Source of the DNA: Candidatus Fervidifonticultor secundus
GTDB lineage: Bacteria > Sysuimicrobiota > Sysuimicrobiia > Sysuimicrobiales > Humicultoraceae
Assembly: GCA_031459385.1 (NCBI GenBank)
Contig: JAVKIP010000001.1
Location: forward strand, 320,001 to 384,000
Direction of reading: 5' to 3'
Length of the DNA stretch: 64,000 nucleotides
The notes below the pieces were generated by a model that did no database searches, was not told the origin of the DNA, and was given only the letters and a program-made list of their open reading frames with translations. The position numbers and the translations under genes were made by a program. Shown piece by piece: positions 58,302 through 64,000 of this stretch (its first letter is position 1; the number at the start of each line of letters is the position of its first letter).

Positions 58302-59357
58302 CTACTGGCACCCCTGCGAGGTCGGCACCGGCCCGCCCGCCCGGCGCAGCGCCTCGTTGGCGATGGACATGTCGAGGAGCTGGGGGGCCTGGTAGCGCTG
58401 CTTCATCTCGCCGCCCTCGTAGCTGTAGTCGATCGTCCACTGGATGCGCCTGGCGTCCAGGCCCAGGTTGCGCGACCAGACGCAGCGCGCGATCATCTGC
58501 GCGTAGGCGTATCCGGCGTCCATCTCCTCGGCGCCGGTGAGCTTCACCAACGCCCGCACCGCCTCGGCGCGGTTGTTCACGGCGTGCCGCACGGCCAGGA
58601 TCGACGCGGCAACCAGGTCGATGATGGCCTCGCGGTTGCGCTCCACGACGCTGCGCATGGCGCAGTAGACGTGATACTGGTAGTGGGGCAGCGCATTCTG
58701 CAGGTCGAAGATCACCCGGGTGCCGGGCACCTGGCGCAGCAGCCGGCTGGCCTGCTCGTAGTGGAAGATGGCGGTGTCGGTCTGCCCCGAGATCAGCGAC
58801 GGCACCCGCCCGGCCGTGGTGGTCTGGACGATGGTGACCTCCTCCGGCCGGAGGTTGGCCGCGGCCAGCACGGCCCGGTTCATGCGGTCGATGAACCCGC
58901 CGGGGGCACTGGACATGCCGATCTTCTTGCCCCGCAGGTCCTTGATGTCCTTGATGGGGTCGCGTGCGACCATGACCACCGGCAGCTTGGGTGCTCCGCC
59001 CCAGAAGCCCACCAGCGGCACGCCGTTGCCGAAGGCGTTTACGCAGTCCAGCGTGCCCACCTGCACGTCACCGGCAATGGCCGCCGTCAGCGCCCGCGTC
59101 GAGCCCTCGAAGTTCTTGATCTCCAGGTCGATGTTGAACCTGTCGGCGAAGCCGAACTCTTTGGCCAGCGCCATGGGCGTGTGCACCACGTTGGGCGGCG
59201 CCACCGGCATGCCCAGCACGATCTTCCGCTTGGGCCCAGGCGCCGGGTAGGTCGGCTGTCCGGATCCAGCCGGGGCCGCGTGCGCGGCCGGCAGCACCGG
59301 GGCGACCGCCGCCGCCACCACCAGCAGGGCCACGAGCCGTCGCAGGCGTTCTCGCAT
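58302..59357 (-). CDS. ABC transporter substrate-binding protein (NMT1/SsuA/TauA-like)
   Basis: Signal peptide, IKDIKDLRGKKIG, RVPSLISGQTD; adjacent to TauT-type ATPase/permease. Confidence 0.85.
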   Translation of the reverse strand: MRERLRRLVALLVVAAAVAPVLPAAHAAPAGSGQPTYPAPGPKRKIVLGMPVAPPNVVHTPMALAKEFGFADRFNIDLEIKNFEGSTRALTAAIAGDVQVGTLDCVNAFGNGVPLVGFWGGAPKLPVVMVARDPIKDIKDLRGKKIGMSSAPGGFIDRMNRAVLAAANLRPEEVTIVQTTTAGRVPSLISGQTDTAIFHYEQASRLLRQVPGTRVIFDLQNALPHYQYHVYCAMRSVVERNREAIIDLVAASILAVRHAVNNRAEAVRALVKLTGAEEMDAGYAYAQMIARCVWSRNLGLDARRIQWTIDYSYEGGEMKQRYQAPQLLDMSIANEALRRAGGPVPTSQGCQ

Positions 59358-59377
59358 CGTCCTCCTCCCTTCCCGCA

Positions 59378-60616
59378 TCAGCGGGTGACGTAGTACTGCA
59401 CCGGCAGCCGGTGCAGGCACTCGGCGCCGGTGGCCGTGATCAGGAACAGGTTCCCCACCTGGACTCCCGCGCGCTCGTCGGGCGTGACCACGTTGGGCTG
59501 GACGACCACGCACATGCCTGCTTCGAACGTGAACGGATCGTGCGGCCCATCGGCGGTGCGTCGGGTGCGTACCGACGGCGGCAGCAGCCCCACCACGAAG
59601 CCGTGCAGGACGCTGTCGTTGATGGTGAAGCCGGCCTCGTGGATCACCTCTGCGGCGTTCAGGACCTCTTCGACGGTCGCGCCGGGGCGCAGCACGGCCA
59701 CGCAGCGCGTGTACGCCTCGAGCGCCACGTCCCAGAGCCGCCGGTGGAGGGCGTTGGGTTCGGCCTGCACGAAGATCGGCCGGTGCATCTGCCCGGAGTA
59801 GCCCCAGTACGAGATGCTGACCTCGCAGTTCACCACGTCGCCACGGGTCACCACCCGGTCGGAAAGGTTCTGCCGGGGCACACAGACAGTGGAGGCGTCC
59901 TGCGGTGTCGACGACAGGTAGACCAGGTGCACCAGGCCGCCGGCTGCCCGCCCGGCGGCTTCCACCAGGGCGCCGAGCTCCATCTCGCGCAGCCCCGGGC
60001 GCACCCCGTCGATCAGTGCCTGCACGGCACGGTCGGTCAGCGCAGCGCCCCGACGGACCCAGGCGATCTCTTCATCGCTCTTCACCAGGCGCAGGCGCCG
60101 GACCGCCCGCGAGATGTCACGGAACGCCCACCCGGGCAGCAGGCGCTGCCAGGTCAGGTACGCCTGCACGGGCACCGGGCCCGCGTAGCCCAGGATGCCG
60201 GGGCCGGTGTGCAGCGTGCGCACGTACTGCGCCACGGCCGCCGTCGAGTCGGGCCCGCCCCAGCGGGCCTCGATGACAGCCGCCTCCCGGGCGTTGGGCA
60301 CGTGGTTGTGGGTCTGGACGAAGGCCACCGGCGGGTCGGCGTGGCCTACCACCACGTAGCAGTACCGGTTGGGGAGGAAGCCCGACAGCCACAGCACGTC
60401 GGCCTGACCGTGCCGGTTCAGCGACGAGTCACCGTAGACCACCAGGACGTCGGCACCTTCCTGCACCATCGCCGCGCGGGCTGCGGCGTGCCGGCGGGCG
60501 AACTCCTCCGGTGAGAAGCGTGGGTAGAGCTCGCGTCCTTCCGTGGCGGCGTGGGCGCGCCCGGATCTCTTCCGAGTGGTGGGGGGCGTGGCGCCTCCCG
60601 CGCGACGGGAGCGCAT
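59378..60616 (-). CDS. M24 (pita-bread)-fold protein with non-canonical metal site (second paralog)
   Basis: YPRFSPEEFARR, LVKSDEEI..VRRG, NCEV..YWGYSGQ, LHGF, VVQPN, VQVGNLFLITATGAECL; TGATG overlap. Confidence 0.82.
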   Translation of the reverse strand: MRSRRAGGATPPTTRKRSGRAHAATEGRELYPRFSPEEFARRHAAARAAMVQEGADVLVVYGDSSLNRHGQADVLWLSGFLPNRYCYVVVGHADPPVAFVQTHNHVPNAREAAVIEARWGGPDSTAAVAQYVRTLHTGPGILGYAGPVPVQAYLTWQRLLPGWAFRDISRAVRRLRLVKSDEEIAWVRRGAALTDRAVQALIDGVRPGLREMELGALVEAAGRAAGGLVHLVYLSSTPQDASTVCVPRQNLSDRVVTRGDVVNCEVSISYWGYSGQMHRPIFVQAEPNALHRRLWDVALEAYTRCVAVLRPGATVEEVLNAAEVIHEAGFTINDSVLHGFVVGLLPPSVRTRRTADGPHDPFTFEAGMCVVVQPNVVTPDERAGVQVGNLFLITATGAECLHRLPVQYYVTR

Positions 60617-62502
60617 CAGCTCTGGGGCGCCGGGTGGTCCACAGCAGGCGCCAGGGTGGGGTGGGCGACCCTGCGGCGCTGACGCAGCGTGACGGCGCCG
60701 ACCAGCACGGCGGCGGCTGCCCACGCCTCGGGCCGCGGGATGTACCCCAGGACGCCCGCGACAGCCAGCACCACCCATTCCAGCAGCGTGGTGCCGGTGA
60801 CCAGGTAGGCCGTCGCCACGGCGGCAAAGACGATCGTACCCAGCGTGGCGGCGGTGATCGCTGCAGCGTTCTCCCACACCGACCCCGTCAGCAGCAGGTG
60901 GGTGTAGGCGAAGAGCACCGGCATGATGTAGATGATCTTGGCGAAGCGGAAACAGTTCCACCCGGCGCGCATGGGATCGGCCCGGGCGATAGCCGCAGCG
61001 GCGAAGGGGCCCAGGGCCACCGGCGGGGTGATGTTGGAGTCCAGGCTCAGCCAGAAGACGATCATGTGGGCCACCAGCAGCGGCACGCCTAGCTCGCGCA
61101 GGACCGGCACTGCGATCACCGCCACGATGAGGTAGGTGGCGGTGATGGGCAGGGCCAGCCCCAGCACCAGGGTCGACACCGCTACCAGCAGCAGCGTCAG
61201 CCAGAGCTTGCCTTCCGCCAGGGCGACCACGATGTACGAGAACCGAATGCCGATGCCGGTCAGGGCCAGCACGCCGATGACAATGCCCACCGCCCCGGTG
61301 AGCGCCGCCACGAAGAGAGACGACCGCGCCCCCTCCACCAGGGCGTCCCAGATTGCCCGCACCCCCATGCGGGTCTCGCGTCGCACCCAGCTCACGGCCA
61401 CCGTGGCTAGAATGGCGTACACGGCCGCACGTTCGGTGGAGACGTGCGCCATCAGCAGCGCGATCAGCACCGCCACCGGGAGAAAGAGATACCACCCGCG
61501 GCGCAGCGTAGGGCCCAGTGGCGGGAGCTCGTGGGCGGGCAGGCCGCGCAGCCCCAGCTTGCGCGACTCGAAGTACACCATGAGGCCCACCGAGAAGAAG
61601 TAGAGCAGCCCCGGAATAGCGGCGATCTTGACGATCTGCGGGTAGGCGCTGTTCGTCATCTCCGCCATGATGAACGCGCCGGCACCCATCACCGGCGGCA
61701 GGACCATCGCCCCGGTGGACGCGGCGCCTTCCACCGCGGCGGCGATGTGAGGCGGGAAGCCGGCCTGCTTCATCAGCGGAATGGTGATGGTGCCGGTGGT
61801 GACGGTGTTGGCTACCGGACTGCCCTGGATCGTGCCCAGCAGGGCACTGGAGACCACCGCGGCGTGGGCCGGACCGCCGGCGAAACGGCCGAACAGGGCC
61901 AGGGAGAGGTCGATGAACACCCGGGCGGCCCCGGCCCGCTGCAGGAACGCGCCGAACACCACGAACGGAATGATGAACTGAGCCAGGACCTCGGCCATCA
62001 CACCGAAGATGCCGTCGGAGGTCAGGTAGAGGTACTCGATCACCCGCCGGAGCGTGAACCCCCGGTGACCGACGATAGGCGGCAGGGCGTGGCCGAACAG
62101 GGCGTAGGCGATGGGCACCAGGGCTGTCAGGGCCATGCTCCATCCCAGCACCCGACGCGCCGCCTCCACGGCGATCGCGGTGACCACTACCCCCAGGGCG
62201 ACGTCGACGGTCGTGTAGGCACCCGCGCGGTACGCCATCGCCTCGTGCTCGACGATCCAGTAGGCCACGCCCGCCACCGCCACGGCGGCCAGGATCAGGT
62301 CCACGACCGACGGCGCGTCCTCCCGGTCGCGCTGCCACCCGCGGTAAAGCAACAGGGGTACGACCAGGCTGTAGAGCACGGCGATGCCGCGGTAGTACTG
62401 TAGCGACGCCGTGCCGTACCAGGCCAGCCAGAGGTAGTAGAGCGAGGTGGCGCCCAGGAGGATCTGGACGACAGCGTCCCACCGTCTGGCCAGGGTCCGC
62501 AC
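60616..62502 (-). CDS. TRAP transporter fused 4TM/12TM permease (TAXI-associated)
   Basis: DGIFG, GGPAHAAVVSS, GSPVANTVTTG, ASTGAMVLPPVMGAGAF, ITPPVAL. Confidence 0.92.
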   Translation of the reverse strand: MRTLARRWDAVVQILLGATSLYYLWLAWYGTASLQYYRGIAVLYSLVVPLLLYRGWQRDREDAPSVVDLILAAVAVAGVAYWIVEHEAMAYRAGAYTTVDVALGVVVTAIAVEAARRVLGWSMALTALVPIAYALFGHALPPIVGHRGFTLRRVIEYLYLTSDGIFGVMAEVLAQFIIPFVVFGAFLQRAGAARVFIDLSLALFGRFAGGPAHAAVVSSALLGTIQGSPVANTVTTGTITIPLMKQAGFPPHIAAAVEGAASTGAMVLPPVMGAGAFIMAEMTNSAYPQIVKIAAIPGLLYFFSVGLMVYFESRKLGLRGLPAHELPPLGPTLRRGWYLFLPVAVLIALLMAHVSTERAAVYAILATVAVSWVRRETRMGVRAIWDALVEGARSSLFVAALTGAVGIVIGVLALTGIGIRFSYIVVALAEGKLWLTLLLVAVSTLVLGLALPITATYLIVAVIAVPVLRELGVPLLVAHMIVFWLSLDSNITPPVALGPFAAAAIARADPMRAGWNCFRFAKIIYIMPVLFAYTHLLLTGSVWENAAAITAATLGTIVFAAVATAYLVTGTTLLEWVVLAVAGVLGYIPRPEAWAAAAVLVGAVTLRQRRRVAHPTLAPAVDHPAPQS

Positions 62503-62622
62503 CGGCGTGTCCGCTCCCGGCCTAGCCCACGCCGAAGGTCGTGCGGCGGTCCGCTGGGACCCCGCAGGTTACCGCACGAGGCTGCCCGTCTCCCACGTGG
62601 GGTGCCACCTCGCCCGTCTCAG

Positions 62623-63618
62623 TCAGCGCGCCCGGATCGCGTCGGGGATCTCCAACCCCACCGTCCGCCAGTGGGCCTCCGCGCCGCGGTGCAGCGGGAT
62701 CGTGATGCCCTGCAACGCCTGGCGGGGCCGCATGTCAGCCGATGCCGAGTGGACCCGCAGCATGTGCTCGTGGCCCCTGGTGCTGTAGGCCGCCGCGACG
62801 ATGGTCTGCACGAGCGGCGCCGGTACGTCTGCGTGGGCCAGCCACAGCAGCGGGACGCCCAGCGCCGGCACGGGCTCGGTCACCCCGGGATACCCACCAG
62901 GGGGGAAGACGTACCGGGAGTAGTAGGGAAACTGGCGCAGGAAGCCGGCGGCCACCGCCGGCGTGTACACGTCGATCATCCGGATCGGCTTGACCGAGGC
63001 CGCTTCGATAGTGCCGCGGTCGGGGTAGGGACCCGTGAAGAAGAACGCGTCGACGCGGCCGTCCTGGAGCGCCTGGCTGGCCGCCGCGCCCAGGAGCGGC
63101 ACACGCGTCAGGCGATCCCAGATGCCGATGGCGCGGAAGGCGCGCTCGGCCGTGGCAAACGTCCCCGAGCCGGGCGTGCCTACGGCGATGCGCTTGCCGG
63201 CCAGGTCGGTGGCCGTGCGGATGCCGCTGTCCTGATACGTGACCACGTGCGAGGCACCGATGAAGATCAGACCCAGGGCTCGCAGGTTGGTGTGGGGATT
63301 GCCGCGGAAGATCTCCAGGCCGTGGTAGGCTTCGTGGGCGTCGGACGCGAAGGCCAGCCCCATCTCGGCGTTCTTCGCCTGGAGCCGCCGGACGTTCTCG
63401 GTGGAGCCGCCGGTCGCCGCCACGGACACGTCGACCTCGGCTACGGCGCCGTTGAGGAACGTGGCGATGCCGGTGGCGAAGATGCCGAAGACGCCGGCGG
63501 GGGGACCGCCGAGCATGGTTATGCGGACCTTGGGCGCGGCCAGCACTGGCCCGGGCGCCGGCGCTGTCAGGAGCGCGACCAGGGCGAGGAGCGCAGCGCC
63601 TTTCCACAGCGTGCTCAT
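62623..63618 (-). CDS. TAXI family TRAP substrate-binding protein
   Basis: Signal peptide, GGPPAGVF, ATGGSTENV, DLAGKRIAVG.PGSG, IPLHRGA; SD AGGAGG. Confidence 0.9.
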   Translation of the reverse strand: MSTLWKGAALLALVALLTAPAPGPVLAAPKVRITMLGGPPAGVFGIFATGIATFLNGAVAEVDVSVAATGGSTENVRRLQAKNAEMGLAFASDAHEAYHGLEIFRGNPHTNLRALGLIFIGASHVVTYQDSGIRTATDLAGKRIAVGTPGSGTFATAERAFRAIGIWDRLTRVPLLGAAASQALQDGRVDAFFFTGPYPDRGTIEAASVKPIRMIDVYTPAVAAGFLRQFPYYSRYVFPPGGYPGVTEPVPALGVPLLWLAHADVPAPLVQTIVAAAYSTRGHEHMLRVHSASADMRPRQALQGITIPLHRGAEAHWRTVGLEIPDAIRAR

Positions 63619-63632
63619 CCATGCACCTCCTG

Positions 63633-64000
63633 TCATGATGCCTTTACGCCGCCACCACGATCGGCTCGAAAGGCACCCGGTGCAGGCGCTCGAACCTCTG
63701 GTGCGGCCAGCGTCTCCTTCATCCAGTCGGCCACGAGCGGCCGGTACTTGTACGGGATGTTGTTGCAGACGTGGTTCCCCTCGGGGTACATCACCAGCCG
63801 CGCGCACGGCGCTTCGGCCGCCACGCGCTCGGCATGCTGCCAGGGGATGAGGCGGTCCTGCCGGCCGAAGACGACCAGCAGCGGCTGGCGCAGGCGCGGC
63901 AGCACCGGGCCCAGGTCGAGCTGCAGCGCGCGCTGGCGGGCCTCGACCTCGCTTGTAGCCCCGCTGTGGTGGCGGAACGTCTCGCGCGAGTGCGGCGGCA
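63633..64000 (-). CDS. alpha/beta hydrolase, 2,6-dihydroxypseudooxynicotine hydrolase-like (C-terminal part; truncated by window end)
   Basis: PLLVVFGRQDRLIP (acid) and EGNHVCNNIPYKYRPLVADWM (His), matching the recalled C-terminal pattern of DHPON hydrolase. Confidence 0.7.
   Translation of the reverse strand, partial: PPHSRETFRHHSGATSEVEARQRALQLDLGPVLPRLRQPLLVVFGRQDRLIPWQHAERVAAEAPCARLVMYPEGNHVCNNIPYKYRPLVADWMKETLAAPEVRAPAPGAFRADRGGGVKAS

Noticed and set aside
163..64000. Many long overlapping ORFs in the six-frame track (e.g. 2835..5429-, 18796..21216+, 34608..37655-, 52673..55606+)
   Set aside because: Arg/Pro/Gly/Ala-rich shadow ORFs antisense or off-frame to motif-supported genes, expected at high GC
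1..64000. CRISPR array, tRNA/rRNA, transposase, integrase or phage genes
   Set aside because: No spaced direct repeats, cloverleaf/rRNA signatures or recombinase motifs found

Overview
A very GC-rich bacterial chromosomal segment, almost fully coding (about 57 CDS), dominated by solute-binding-protein transport and catabolic modules. The style resembles uncultured Armatimonadota/CSP1-3-like genomes, but that is only an impression. In order: a partial SDR; a minus-strand MFS/BtuF-like/HisJ-like operon; pckA-pfkA; a GntR-TRAP-DapA-like-hydantoinase A/B(+acetone-carboxylase-gamma-like fusion)-FAH-SDR cluster; an ABC-2 exporter, CorC and an SIS protein; a GntR-D-glutamate-cyclase-like-D-cysteine-desulfhydrase-like-Dpp cluster with a perfect palindromic operator; a second Dpp/nitrilase/M24 cluster; an M20 amidohydrolase; glnA with a sigma70 promoter and a terminator-containing leader; two probable F420-dependent enzymes; a deletion-scar pseudogene; and a >19 kb co-oriented minus-strand cluster. 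That cluster carries a DHPON-hydrolase-like protein, two M24-fold proteins with rewired metal sites, an orphan molybdo-hydroxylase subunit, a His-rich LVIVD protein, an FAH protein and four transporters, and is the best candidate for an undescribed (N-hetero)aromatic catabolic system. No rRNA, tRNA, CRISPR array or mobile element was seen. All calls come from motif recognition by eye; no database searches were run.
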